Sequence record: MN850633.1
DNA: 64,000 nucleotides
Reading direction: 5' to 3' (one strand)
Source of the DNA: Escherichia phage allfine
The first letter of the stretch is position 1. Each line of letters begins with the position of its first letter. Below the pieces are notes generated by a model. The model made no database searches. It had not been told where the DNA came from and saw only the letters and a program-made list of their open reading frames with translations. The position numbers and the translations under genes were made by a program. Below are positions 34,146 to 43,800 of the stretch, in pieces.

Positions 34146-35255
34146 TTAGATTTCACGTTTACGTTGGGAGATTAGTTCACCAGCAGTGCCAACGATGACA
34201 TGCAAAGCTTCAGTCTTGCCATCCCATTCTTTCAGCACTTTACGTTGATTATCAACGATTGCTGCAACTTCATAACGAGACGAACGCATCTTCATATCGT
34301 TGTAATCAGTTGGAACAGATACAACATCTCGTGGATGGACACGAACCTTCAGGATTGTATCACCTGAGAAGCAACGAACATAATCCCAAGCACCAACGTG
34401 AAGACCCTGAGAGCAAGTCACGTTACGGTTATTATCAACCATCCAACGTGGCATTTCTACAATGTTACCCAAATCATTAGGTACTCTGTAGGTGTGGGAG
34501 TCAACCAGCTTGCCTTCATGAGTAGAGACTTTCTTCCAACCAATGATGTAGCCTTCTTCATCAATTTCAACATCAAGGTGAGATACGAATCCCCAAAGTT
34601 GTTCTACAGAGTCTTTAGATGGGTTTTCCATCAGTTTTTCGAAGAACATCACAAGGCGTTCAAAACCCTTATCTCCAGTCTTCATCATGTGAAGAATACG
34701 GTCAACCAGAGTAGAACGCATCTCAACAGCACCGTAGAATAACTTGTCACCTTTGATGGTGATAGCACCCTGAGTGAAGTTTTCGATAGACTTACGAATG
34801 TTCATCAGTTCGAAAGCTTTCTTATACTCACCGGATACAACAGCCATCACGATTTCTTTGTAGTTCGGATGGGTAGATTCAACGATTTCAGAATCTGCAC
34901 CGAAAGTCATGATAACAGAGTCGCCAGTAATCATGTACTCAATCTGGTTGCCATTCTGCATAGCTTCATGCAGTTTATTTACCGGAGCTTTCTGTACATC
35001 CTCGTTAACAGCCTTTTTAACTGGCTTGTCAGCTTTCTTTTTAACTGATTTAGCAACTTGCTTCAAAGTCTTCGTAGCTGGTTTAGAAGCTACCTTTTTC
35101 TTACCTTTTAAGGTTGCTTCATGACGCTCTACAGCACGACCAACTGAACGGGTTGAGGTGTTAAATTTCTGTGCAATAGCTGTTTTAGTCAGCTTACCCT
35201 CTTTAACCAGTTTGTAAATTTCTGCGTCAATCTGTGCTTTAGTTTTAGTAGTCAT
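34146..35255 (-). CDS. rIIB-like protein (369 aa), tentative
   Basis: Immediately downstream of rIIA-like gene; N-terminal HTH-like segment and Lys-rich linker; assignment by synteny only. Confidence 0.35.
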   Translation of the reverse strand: MTTKTKAQIDAEIYKLVKEGKLTKTAIAQKFNTSTRSVGRAVERHEATLKGKKKVASKPATKTLKQVAKSVKKKADKPVKKAVNEDVQKAPVNKLHEAMQNGNQIEYMITGDSVIMTFGADSEIVESTHPNYKEIVMAVVSGEYKKAFELMNIRKSIENFTQGAITIKGDKLFYGAVEMRSTLVDRILHMMKTGDKGFERLVMFFEKLMENPSKDSVEQLWGFVSHLDVEIDEEGYIIGWKKVSTHEGKLVDSHTYRVPNDLGNIVEMPRWMVDNNRNVTCSQGLHVGAWDYVRCFSGDTILKVRVHPRDVVSVPTDYNDMKMRSSRYEVAAIVDNQRKVLKEWDGKTEALHVIVGTAGELISQRKREI

Positions 35256-35299
35256 CTTATTACTCTCTCTTGTTAGTTAATAAATCATTTTGTGAGACT

Positions 35300-35329
35300 A
35301 TTCTAAGGGGCTTCAAAGCCCCTTGTCAA
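35300..35329 (-). promoter_or_regulatory. sigma70-like promoter TTGACA-N18-TAGAAT with GGGGCUUUGAAGCCCC hairpin in spacer
   Basis: Minus strand GTTTGACAaggggctttgaagccccTTAGAAT about 45 nt upstream of ATG at 35255. Confidence 0.5.
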
Positions 35330-35334
35330 ACACT

Positions 35335-37701
35335 TTAATCGTAAATTGTAGTCCCTTCTGGAACACACTTCACATCAAAGCCCAAGAACTTACTCACTTC
35401 GATGGGTGACACTTTATTCCAATCTAAATGAGAAAGCAAGAAGTTTTCTTGTTTCCTTTTTGAGAAGTAGTTTGTCACCTTAATAAACATACGGTCACCA
35501 GCTTTCTTAATTTTCTTGTAAAGCTTTGTATCATTATCAAGACACCTTTTCAAATCTTGCAACACACTAATAGTGTAAGTGTATGCAAATTGTGCAGCAA
35601 TGTATTGGATTTTACCGAACATTGCCTCAACAGCATCTTCATTACCTTCTAGGAAGATAGTTTTGTTTGTATCCCGTGAATAGCAATAACCATCAGAAAT
35701 CTTCCTGTTATTGAACGTAAAGTTTCTGGTAATAATCCAACAGCTTGTAAGGTCTAGGACACCACGCATACAGACGCGTGTCATATACCTGTTATGATTA
35801 ATCCAATGAACATCAGTTAAGCTGTCGTTCAAGAGCTTCTCATCTACTTCAATCCAGTCTTCTGGTATCTTTTTCCAATTTGCTTTTCGGAAAACATAGA
35901 CTGTCTTTCCAATGACATTGGCAACTGACTTAGCTACATCATCTGGAGATGAGCAAAAACATTCGCCATCAACTGTGTCACCTACTGCCTTAATATAAAG
36001 CTGAGGCTCTTCAATCGTGTCTAAGTCTTCTGACACCTCTGTGTATGAGGCTACACCTTCTGCTGGAACAGCTTTCCAGAGTTTTACAACACCTCTTACA
36101 GCTTCTTTACGCTGATAGTGATGTTCCTTATCAGACATCTTCACAATCTTTAACAAGCTTTTATCAAGTTTGTGTAGGTTGATTAAGTCATCTAGCTCTT
36201 TTTCAGTCGAGAATACAAACACAATACCATTATATCTGTGAAACAGACTTGACTCACTGGCGTAATCTCGACATGCACCACGCAGAATCTGATTGCGGCC
36301 TACAGTCTTCTCAGTGCCATTTTTATTACGACGGTCATTAATCACGAACAAAAACTGTTCAATTTGGCTTTTACGCATTGCACCAAAGATATTGAACATA
36401 CTTGCCTCTTGAGTGTAGGAAAGTGCTGTTGCACGAATCTTACTCTCTAAAGAGTTGAACTTGACATAAGCAACTGGATTATAAAGATAATCCACTTTAG
36501 GGATATTGTTCCCGTTCCTATCAACCTTGATATTACCTTTACCGTCACGTTCATAAATGACTGAGCCGTCTTCTGCGTAGATAATCCCACGACGGATGTT
36601 TAGTAATTCTACTTCCAGAGAATCAAGCTTAACGCCTCCCCACTCTAGCTTTGGACACACAACATTAAACATCTCTCGTGAGTTCAAACGTAACTCAGCA
36701 TAAGCCTGTGCAGCATCCATGAGTGTAGGTTGGCTGTTAACTTTCTTGATAACATCCTTTGTAATGGCTTCAGTTATCTTTTTAGTAGCCTCAATGATAA
36801 CATTTTTTGTCGTATCATTCATCTGCAATGCTTCACGAGAAGCTGCAATAGCAACTGAACCAATAGGCATGTAAATGTTTACAAGGTCTACGCTCCTACG
36901 GAAAAACTCTGGCAAGACTTTGAAGAAATCATCACCAAGTAATGCTTCCATATTAACTGGATAGGCAATATTACCCATCACCACATTAAACTCTGTCCTG
37001 TTACCACTAGAACGCCAGCTTTGCTTATGAATCATAGCGTCATAAACACCTTCTTCACGAGCAATGACATTCATGTCTGCTAACACGTCATCATATACAA
37101 TATTACTTTCTGGTTTTACAGCAAAGTATGAGTATACGTGACCAGCCTCTTCAAAGAACTTTGAAATACGGTGGTCAGCAACTGCCACACGTACAGCTAA
37201 ACCATTAGGTTCTTTTGTTGGGTTAGTGGTCAGCTTAGTTACTTGAGGGATACCATTCTCAAGGTAAACAGAGTACTTATTAACAACACCATCAACATAG
37301 CTAGATACTGTGAATGACTGAGCAATTGCAAATGGAGATTTTGAACCGATACCCATTGCACCAATGTAATCATTAGAGTCATTCTTCGTAGAAGCCCCGT
37401 AGTTTAGGTACAAACTCATAACTTTATCATGAGTCAATCCAGTTCCAAAATCACGGACTTCAAAGTAAGGCTCAAAACGAGTAGGTAAATGCACATGGAA
37501 CGGGATATTCTCTTTTCCAGCTTCTTTCTGAGCATCTACTGCGTTACATGACAGTTCACGAATCACTGCCCTTTCTTTAAAGGTATATACACCAGAACTC
37601 AAAAGGCTGAACATTTCAGGTGTCATTGTAATCTGTGCTTGAGATGTCTCCAAAGAAGTTGAACTCTTAATCACTTCTGCGTGGTCATTTACCATGCGCA
37701 T
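35335..37701 (-). CDS. rIIA: rIIA-like protein with N-terminal GHKL-type ATPase fold (788 aa)
   Basis: Bergerat-fold N box RELSCNAVDA and G1 box RDFGTGL near N-terminus; size and pairing with downstream gene as in T4 rIIA-rIIB. Confidence 0.55.
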   Translation of the reverse strand: MRMVNDHAEVIKSSTSLETSQAQITMTPEMFSLLSSGVYTFKERAVIRELSCNAVDAQKEAGKENIPFHVHLPTRFEPYFEVRDFGTGLTHDKVMSLYLNYGASTKNDSNDYIGAMGIGSKSPFAIAQSFTVSSYVDGVVNKYSVYLENGIPQVTKLTTNPTKEPNGLAVRVAVADHRISKFFEEAGHVYSYFAVKPESNIVYDDVLADMNVIAREEGVYDAMIHKQSWRSSGNRTEFNVVMGNIAYPVNMEALLGDDFFKVLPEFFRRSVDLVNIYMPIGSVAIAASREALQMNDTTKNVIIEATKKITEAITKDVIKKVNSQPTLMDAAQAYAELRLNSREMFNVVCPKLEWGGVKLDSLEVELLNIRRGIIYAEDGSVIYERDGKGNIKVDRNGNNIPKVDYLYNPVAYVKFNSLESKIRATALSYTQEASMFNIFGAMRKSQIEQFLFVINDRRNKNGTEKTVGRNQILRGACRDYASESSLFHRYNGIVFVFSTEKELDDLINLHKLDKSLLKIVKMSDKEHHYQRKEAVRGVVKLWKAVPAEGVASYTEVSEDLDTIEEPQLYIKAVGDTVDGECFCSSPDDVAKSVANVIGKTVYVFRKANWKKIPEDWIEVDEKLLNDSLTDVHWINHNRYMTRVCMRGVLDLTSCWIITRNFTFNNRKISDGYCYSRDTNKTIFLEGNEDAVEAMFGKIQYIAAQFAYTYTISVLQDLKRCLDNDTKLYKKIKKAGDRMFIKVTNYFSKRKQENFLLSHLDWNKVSPIEVSKFLGFDVKCVPEGTTIYD

Positions 37702-37729
37702 AATACTTTCCTCTTAGTTTACTGTTAAA

Positions 37730-37906
37730 TTACTTATTAAACATTTTACCAGAACCACCACACATAGGGCAACAACCTGCTCTTGTATACCCTTCCCCAT
37801 TGCAGTAATCACACTTCTTGTACTCTGCATAGTACTTGCAAAGAAGGTAAACAAAAACTGCTACACTACTAAGTGACAGTAAAATTTCTATCCAATATGC
37901 TTGCAT
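37730..37906 (-). CDS. small membrane-anchored protein with two DnaJ-type CxxCxGxG zinc-finger repeats (58 aa); absent from ORF track
   Basis: Hand translation MQAYWIEILLSLSSVAVFVYLLCKYYAEYKKCDYCNGEGYTRAGCCPMCGGSGKMFNK; start overlaps upstream stop. Confidence 0.4.
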   Translation of the reverse strand: MQAYWIEILLSLSSVAVFVYLLCKYYAEYKKCDYCNGEGYTRAGCCPMCGGSGKMFNK

Positions 37907-38223
37907 GACTCACCTCTCATATTTTTGTAAAGGATAAAGCTTCTGTCATGGACGATACTTGTAGATACTGCAAAGTTACTTTCAAGCATCTGTTTGTTTG
38001 GATTGTAGAAGCTTTCTTTAAACTCGTCAAGCGCAAATTGGTGATGTTGTGGAAGACCTTTTACACATATTTTTATTGTGATTGCTGCTGCAATCTTGCC
38101 AGTCAGTTCTTCTTTAGCTGCTACTAGAATTTTGCTAAGGAACTTTTTACCATCTTCAGGTTTCTTAATGTTCTCCCAACGTTCTTCTAAGACAATGTTG
38201 ATATTCATCTCTTTGATTTTCAT
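37888..38223 (-). CDS. hypothetical protein (111 aa)
   Basis: ORF after terminator, GGAGAAAACTATG RBS. Confidence 0.5.
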   Translation of the reverse strand: MKIKEMNINIVLEERWENIKKPEDGKKFLSKILVAAKEELTGKIAAAITIKICVKGLPQHHQFALDEFKESFYNPNKQMLESNFAVSTSIVHDRSFILYKNMRGESCKHIG

Positions 38224-38240
38224 AGTTTTCTCCAGAAATT

Positions 38241-38261
38241 AAAAAGGCTCCCGTAGGAGCC
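38241..38261 (-). terminator. rho-independent terminator
   Basis: Minus strand GGCUCCUACGGGAGCC hairpin plus UUUUU after NAMPT-family gene stop. Confidence 0.75.
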
Positions 38262-38276
38262 TCTTATCATATACTT

Positions 38277-40058
38277 TTAAAGCTGCTTGTCAATATTATT
38301 TCGAATATCACCAAGAGTTGTGTAACCGAACTGTTCAGAGTCACTAAAAATTAAGCGTAGAGCACAAGCTGGGTGGTCAAGTGCATCTGCAAAGCTCTGG
38401 AATCCATAGCCATCTACAGCTTTCAGCTTCTCACCATCCCACATAGGTGCTACACCACCAAAGGCAGATTTCTTAACACCACTATCTGTTTTAGGGTCTT
38501 TTGCAAGCATAATCTCTTTACCACCAATGCTTGCAAGAGTTGCTTTGACAGCAAATGCAAAGGTGTCACGAGTCATGTACTGGTAAGTGTAAGAACCTAC
38601 GCCAAACACTACGTTAGAGCTTGCAAAACCCATTTCATACAGACGCTTCAGGATTTCGTTTGCACGTTCCAGCGTGATAGAGTCACCATAGATAAGTCCG
38701 ATATGCTCATCCAGTACCTTAAACCCTTTAGAGTTAATAGTTCCCCCAAAGATGTTGTACAGTGTCTTAATAGCTCCATCAATCTCAGCTACAGGACGTG
38801 TTACAACGTTTGCAGAACCAACCATATAAGCATTTTTCAACAGCACTGTATCAGCAACTTCAAAGTCTTCTCTGTCAACAACCATTTCGTAGCCTTCTGA
38901 CAGTAGCCATCCAGCAATACCATAATTGATGTTTTCAAGCTTCATGTTCAGGACAGAGTTCAGCATTGTGTCACTTGCCTCTAGCTTGCTTAGGTGCTCG
39001 TAATAAGCCTTCTTAGCACACTCTAAGTGGATTGCTTTATAGCCTGTGACAATATGTACAGGGTCTCCAGAGTCAGGACGAATTACCAGTTTGCCATCAC
39101 GTTCCATAATTTCTTTACGGAGTGCTGGTAAGATTTCTGACACAGTTCTCCAGAAGTTATAAGTATCTGAAACAATACTTACAATACCAGTTGGGTAAGT
39201 TTCTGTTAAGAAACGACGGAAGGTTTGTAACTCACCTTTAAAGCGTCTTTCTTCTTCAATCAGTTCATTACCACCTTCCCAAGCAATGTTTGCACACATT
39301 ACAGAGTGTTCAGTGGCTGGTACAGAACTACCAATATCAGAAATTGGGTAAGACTGTCCATAGATGCGTTTAGCCGTGTATACAGCAGGGAAACTATCAG
39401 TTCCTTTAAAGCTGGTTAAGTGACCTACAGCATTAAATGCGTCATCGGTAAAGCCGGACATACCACGCATAGCAAAGTCATGGCACTGATAAGGTAAATG
39501 TAAGTCGTTATCGCAAGTAAGGTCAGCCCACTTCTTACAGATACGTTTGTAGTGCAATGCGATAGTTGCAATGGTGCAAGCCTTCCAAATCTCAGCAGAG
39601 AAAGCATCTTCCAGATAACCTGCTACCCAATGGAAACCTGAAACAGTGTTCTGGAAGACAATCATTGGGACACGCATCGGGACAACTGTGCCTTCTTCTA
39701 CAGCGTATACTTCAACTGGCAGATAACCTAAGTCGTGAAGTGCTTCCCAATGCTCTCGACCGATAGCATCTTTACCCAGAACACCATTCATGACTTCTAA
39801 GATTTCGTCAATTGCTTCTTTTTTATCACGTTCAAAGAAAGTGGCGTTCCAGTGGTCTATCAAGTAATCTTTAACAAAACGTTGAATACCAAAAGCCACT
39901 ACACCATCAATTGCTAAAGGGCTGTTAAACCATTTGTCGCTACGTGGTGTCAGGTTGAACATCAAGTACTCTGTTGCACTAGGATACTGGTAAACATGAC
40001 CAGATTTGTAAGCATCTGCGTTTAAACCTGCTGGTACTGCATAAAGCGATTTAGTCAT
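38277..40058 (-). CDS. nicotinamide phosphoribosyltransferase family protein (NAMPT/NadV or Namat-like, 593 aa)
   Basis: N-terminal DAYKSGHVYQYP matches NAMPT DSYKVTHYKQYP; C-terminal GDSITLE...FGVGSYTYQ matches NAMPT core. Confidence 0.85.
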   Translation of the reverse strand: MTKSLYAVPAGLNADAYKSGHVYQYPSATEYLMFNLTPRSDKWFNSPLAIDGVVAFGIQRFVKDYLIDHWNATFFERDKKEAIDEILEVMNGVLGKDAIGREHWEALHDLGYLPVEVYAVEEGTVVPMRVPMIVFQNTVSGFHWVAGYLEDAFSAEIWKACTIATIALHYKRICKKWADLTCDNDLHLPYQCHDFAMRGMSGFTDDAFNAVGHLTSFKGTDSFPAVYTAKRIYGQSYPISDIGSSVPATEHSVMCANIAWEGGNELIEEERRFKGELQTFRRFLTETYPTGIVSIVSDTYNFWRTVSEILPALRKEIMERDGKLVIRPDSGDPVHIVTGYKAIHLECAKKAYYEHLSKLEASDTMLNSVLNMKLENINYGIAGWLLSEGYEMVVDREDFEVADTVLLKNAYMVGSANVVTRPVAEIDGAIKTLYNIFGGTINSKGFKVLDEHIGLIYGDSITLERANEILKRLYEMGFASSNVVFGVGSYTYQYMTRDTFAFAVKATLASIGGKEIMLAKDPKTDSGVKKSAFGGVAPMWDGEKLKAVDGYGFQSFADALDHPACALRLIFSDSEQFGYTTLGDIRNNIDKQL

Positions 40059-40104
40059 CTTTTAATCTCTCTCAAAATGGGGCTTAAAAGCCCCCTATAA
40101 AGTT

Positions 40105-41004
40105 TTAATCAAGGTTTGCTACAGTAACTTGACCATAATGTGTTAAGCCACGGTCTTTAGCTTCCCCTAAAGAGTTTGTAGTGTAAATGTGGTCAATACC
40201 ATTGTCAAGAAGGTTTTCAACACCTTTAGAGAAGATACCATGTGTTACATAGAGTTCCACACGTTTTGCACCTGCTTCACGAAGATGTTTAGCTGCTTCT
40301 ATGAATGTTCGACCACCATCACAGATATCGTCGAGAATCATAACAGTTTTATCGGTCAAATCAACATCATCAAGGATTCGCATACCAGTAATTTCACCAG
40401 TCTTAAGGTTACGTACTTTAGACATTGTGATGTATGGTTTATCCACCTCTTTAGCAGTCTCTGCAATCTTCTTAGAAGCACCTGCATCTGGGGCTACTAA
40501 GTAATCAACCAGAGGGTCATTCGCATAGTGAACTGCGACTTCCTTTTGAGGAATGCTTTGGAAGCAGTTAAATAGGTTGTCTGGTACATAACTGTGAGGG
40601 TCAACTGCACAGACTGCACCAAACCCCATTGCATTAACCTGTTTAGCAAAAACCTTCAAAGCTGCTGCATCACCTTTAAACATGTGACGGTCATATCGTG
40701 CATTTGGTAAGTAGTAAAAAATGACAGTCTTTAAGGCATATTCATGAGGAACTAAATCATCAATTGCTTCTTTAGCAAGTGCCACAGCAAACAATGTGTC
40801 TTTATCATAACCTTTTACAATCATAATCACATTGTTGATGGATGATGCTGCGTGAGCAGTAAAGTCAACAAGCTCTTGTGAAAAGTGTCCACCAATCTCA
40901 CCAGAAGGGAACTGGATGAGGTTAAACTCTTCTTCATGAGACCCTTTTGTCGGTGAATGAATTATAACACGGATAGATGTTTTCATAGTTTTACTCTCAA
41001 TCAA
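40105..41004 (-). CDS. ribose-phosphate pyrophosphokinase (Prs) family protein, possible ADP-ribose pyrophosphokinase (299 aa)
   Basis: Type I PRTase/Prs motif MILDDICDGGRTF; size and N-terminal domain like Prs; adjacent to NAMPT-family gene. Confidence 0.7.
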   Translation of the reverse strand: MIESKTMKTSIRVIIHSPTKGSHEEEFNLIQFPSGEIGGHFSQELVDFTAHAASSINNVIMIVKGYDKDTLFAVALAKEAIDDLVPHEYALKTVIFYYLPNARYDRHMFKGDAAALKVFAKQVNAMGFGAVCAVDPHSYVPDNLFNCFQSIPQKEVAVHYANDPLVDYLVAPDAGASKKIAETAKEVDKPYITMSKVRNLKTGEITGMRILDDVDLTDKTVMILDDICDGGRTFIEAAKHLREAGAKRVELYVTHGIFSKGVENLLDNGIDHIYTTNSLGEAKDRGLTHYGQVTVANLD

Positions 41005-41275
41005 AAGTCACGAATGTCACAGCCATAGCTGTTTTGCATTTTTGTGGATTCACAATGTGATAGATTACTGAACAGTTACCTGTGCTATCTGGTACTGGTT
41101 TTGTCCAAGTGCGTTCAACATTTGGTTCACCTAGTTCTTTGTAGAATCCGTTTGTGTGACGGTCAATCATCTCAAGAGCTAATGGGTCTGGTATATGGCC
41201 ACGAAGCATATACATCTCACAACCATTTCCAGCATCACTTATTAGGTCTTTTATTTCCCAATCTGCTTTAGCCAT
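40997..41275 (-). CDS. hypothetical protein (92 aa)
   Basis: ORF overlapping neighbours by 8 nt each side. Confidence 0.45.
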   Translation of the reverse strand: MAKADWEIKDLISDAGNGCEMYMLRGHIPDPLALEMIDRHTNGFYKELGEPNVERTWTKPVPDSTGNCSVIYHIVNPQKCKTAMAVTFVTFD

Positions 41276-41783
41276 TGTAAGTTGCCCTATAAACTGTCTC
41301 GAACTTCAACAGGAGAGATATTGCCAAATCTGTATAGCTGTTGTCAAGCACATCTGGCATATTGTTTTTGATATATTTCTCTTGCTCTTCATAGGTCATC
41401 TTAGAGGTGCTTAAAAGTCTATCTCCTTGCTTCTGATTATCAGCTTTAGTCTGGATAAACCAGTTTGCACAGTGATGTTCACCACCTTTTGTAACAGGCT
41501 TGTGGTGGCCTAATGTGAAGGACTGGTTACCTGTGTATCTGCAAAGCTTATTGAGTACTGTAATGGTGTTCTTCACAACAAAACATTCATACAGGTTATC
41601 TATGGTGTAATGTGGGTAATAGTGGAATAGTGCTCTTTCACGAGTACTCTCACGATTCCAGAGAATCATGTGATTGGAGTTGGAAGGGTCATATTGGTGG
41701 GAGTCAATGAACTCTTGACGTTCCTCAAAGCTGAGCCTTAACACTGACATTGCAGCCGAACGTTTCAGGTTTGACAGGTACAT
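41268..41783 (-). CDS. hypothetical protein with HNH-like motif (171 aa)
   Basis: GHHKPVTKGGEHHCANW resembles HNH nuclease core. Confidence 0.4.
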   Translation of the reverse strand: MYLSNLKRSAAMSVLRLSFEERQEFIDSHQYDPSNSNHMILWNRESTRERALFHYYPHYTIDNLYECFVVKNTITVLNKLCRYTGNQSFTLGHHKPVTKGGEHHCANWFIQTKADNQKQGDRLLSTSKMTYEEQEKYIKNNMPDVLDNSYTDLAISLLLKFETVYRATYNG

Positions 41784-41834
41784 ATTATCTCCAAAATAAA
41801 AAGGGAACCTTTACAGTTCCCTAATCATAGACTC

Positions 41835-42146
41835 TTACTGAACTAATTTCAATACTTTGAAGAAACCTTCTTCACCAATTGCATCATAGACCTTTTCAGT
41901 TGGCTTGATAAGGTTGTTCAAGCAGATTATTTTCTTACGTTTCTTATCATAAGAAAGTTTAAGCTGCTTCAGCTCTTTATCATCTTCAGGGTGCTCATTG
42001 TACATCTTTACAGCCTCTTTGAAGCTAATGTAACCGCCGCCAAGAGTAAGGAAACCTGTGCCACAATAATGTGAATTGTGCTTATCAGCCATAAACTGAC
42101 ACAGAATAGAAATCTGAATTTTACGGGTGTTATAAATCTTTTCCAT
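41835..42146 (-). CDS. hypothetical protein (103 aa)
   Basis: ORF. Confidence 0.45.
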   Translation of the reverse strand: MEKIYNTRKIQISILCQFMADKHNSHYCGTGFLTLGGGYISFKEAVKMYNEHPEDDKELKQLKLSYDKKRKKIICLNNLIKPTEKVYDAIGEEGFFKVLKLVQ

Positions 42147-42157
42147 TTTGGTTATCC

Positions 42158-42415
42158 TTACTTGTTGCGTTTACGGTTACGAGCTTTCTTAGCTGCTCGT
42201 TTAATAGCTGCTGCACCAGACGGACGGTGGGCTTGCTTCTTACCACCTTTACCACGTCCAACATGAATGTAAGGCTGCTGTTCAATCTGGCTTGCAAGAA
42301 CCTGTGCAACTGCTGAAGCATCTACACCGACCTGCTTACCCGTCATAGAAACAATTGCTGCTGCTTTTGCCAGTGCAGCTAAGAAACCAGCTTTCATATT
42401 ACCTAAAATTCCCAT
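42158..42415 (-). CDS. hypothetical protein with basic C-terminus (85 aa)
   Basis: ORF; C-terminal KRAAKKARNRKRNK. Confidence 0.45.
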   Translation of the reverse strand: MGILGNMKAGFLAALAKAAAIVSMTGKQVGVDASAVAQVLASQIEQQPYIHVGRGKGGKKQAHRPSGAAAIKRAAKKARNRKRNK

Positions 42416-42430
42416 TTTTAGCCTCTCTCA

Positions 42431-42712
42431 TTAAAGTTTAATACAGAACTGGTCTAGTTCTTCTTTTTCAATACCAACTTGAACATCTCCGTATGCTACG
42501 TCAGTGAAAAATGTCTGTCCATCATTAAATGCGCTTTCTGAATCAACGTGGAAAGTAACACGTTTAACAATCTCTGCTAGAGCTACTAACCCACTTTTCC
42601 CAAACTTCTCATGGGTCTTTACCATCCACTCATCAAGTGAGTTAATATTATAAGTCCACTTACCGGAGTAGCTACTCTGCTCTCCACTGACAGTCACCTT
42701 GCCACCCATATT
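42431..42712 (-). CDS. hypothetical protein (about 93 aa)
   Basis: Track ORF 42431-42790 trimmed to internal Met to limit overlap with nrdG. Confidence 0.4.
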   Translation of the reverse strand, partial: NMGGKVTVSGEQSSYSGKWTYNINSLDEWMVKTHEKFGKSGLVALAEIVKRVTFHVDSESAFNDGQTFFTDVAYGDVQVGIEKEELDQFCIKL

Positions 42713-43157
42713 CTTTTCTCCACAAGTTTTGGTTGTCTGAACCACGATATGGTTTGTTCGTTGGTTTAGAAGAATCATACTTACCATCAATTACAACGTC
42801 AACATATTTCATCACTTCATGGTGGATTTTTTCGTGTAACTGAAAACCTGTCCAAAGCCATATAGATTTTTCTGGGTAAACAGTTTTAATACGTTTGCAT
42901 ATGTTGGTGACCTCTTGAATGTTTCTGTCATCCAGAGGCTCTCCACCAAGTATTGACAACCCACTAATGGCCTTATCATCCATTAACTTAATGATGCCGT
43001 AGAGGTTTGCATAAGTAAACTCTTTACCAGCATTAAACTTCCAAGACTCCCTGTTAAAGCAGCCTTCACAGTGATGTTTACAGCCAGCTACGAAGAGGCT
43101 TACCCGAACCCCTTCACCATTAGCTGTGTCAAATGGTCGAATCTCCATGTAATTCAT
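42672..43157 (-). CDS. nrdG: anaerobic ribonucleotide reductase activating protein (radical SAM)
   Basis: Radical-SAM CxxxCxxC motif CKHHCEGC near N-terminus; size and proximity to nrdD. Confidence 0.8.
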   Translation of the reverse strand: MNYMEIRPFDTANGEGVRVSLFVAGCKHHCEGCFNRESWKFNAGKEFTYANLYGIIKLMDDKAISGLSILGGEPLDDRNIQEVTNICKRIKTVYPEKSIWLWTGFQLHEKIHHEVMKYVDVVIDGKYDSSKPTNKPYRGSDNQNLWRKEYGWQGDCQWRAE

Positions 43158-43192
43158 CTAGTTACCTCACCAATACTATTTAATTGTTTTAC

Positions 43193-43588
43193 TCATTCAA
43201 ACACTACCTGACAAGGAACCTGTTTAGTAATAAACTCTTCACAGTGCTCTTTAATGAAGTTTTGTAATGGAACACAGTCTTGTGCACAAGTCATTAGCAT
43301 AATGTACTCTGGGTTCATGATGTTTTCAAGGGTGTAGAAGACAACATCGTCAGATAGTTCGTGACCATCTTCTTCAGACCAAGTTCCAGAGACTACAGCC
43401 AGTTTATCAAGTAATTCATTAGGCAATACTACACCATCTTCTACAGAATCACTTAGAACATTTTCACCGATATACAATGTGAAGACCGTGTGGAATGTTG
43501 AGTACCTTACGTGATTCTTTTCACAAGAGCCACACTCTGAGGCGTAATCCTTAATCCACTCTAACTGTTTTTGGCTCAACTTAATCAT
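43193..43588 (-). CDS. hypothetical protein (131 aa)
   Basis: ORF. Confidence 0.5.
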   Translation of the reverse strand: MIKLSQKQLEWIKDYASECGSCEKNHVRYSTFHTVFTLYIGENVLSDSVEDGVVLPNELLDKLAVVSGTWSEEDGHELSDDVVFYTLENIMNPEYIMLMTCAQDCVPLQNFIKEHCEEFITKQVPCQVVFE

Positions 43589-43800
43589 AATTTCACCTTA
43601 GTTGGTAATGCACTGAATGCTATAGCTAACCCTAAAAATGGTTTGAAACATGACCATAAATCCATCTGACCATGATATGAGAGACTCCATTGTGGGTCTG
43701 AAAAACCCCATACCATGACACTAACCCCAAAGAAGAAGATTAGTATGTGGAGTATGGGTATCAATACTTTTAAGAGTGTTGTCATTGTTAATTCCACCAT
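43585..43800 (-). CDS. hypothetical small membrane protein (71 aa)
   Basis: Two hydrophobic segments. Confidence 0.4.
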   Translation of the reverse strand: MVELTMTTLLKVLIPILHILIFFFGVSVMVWGFSDPQWSLSYHGQMDLWSCFKPFLGLAIAFSALPTKVKL

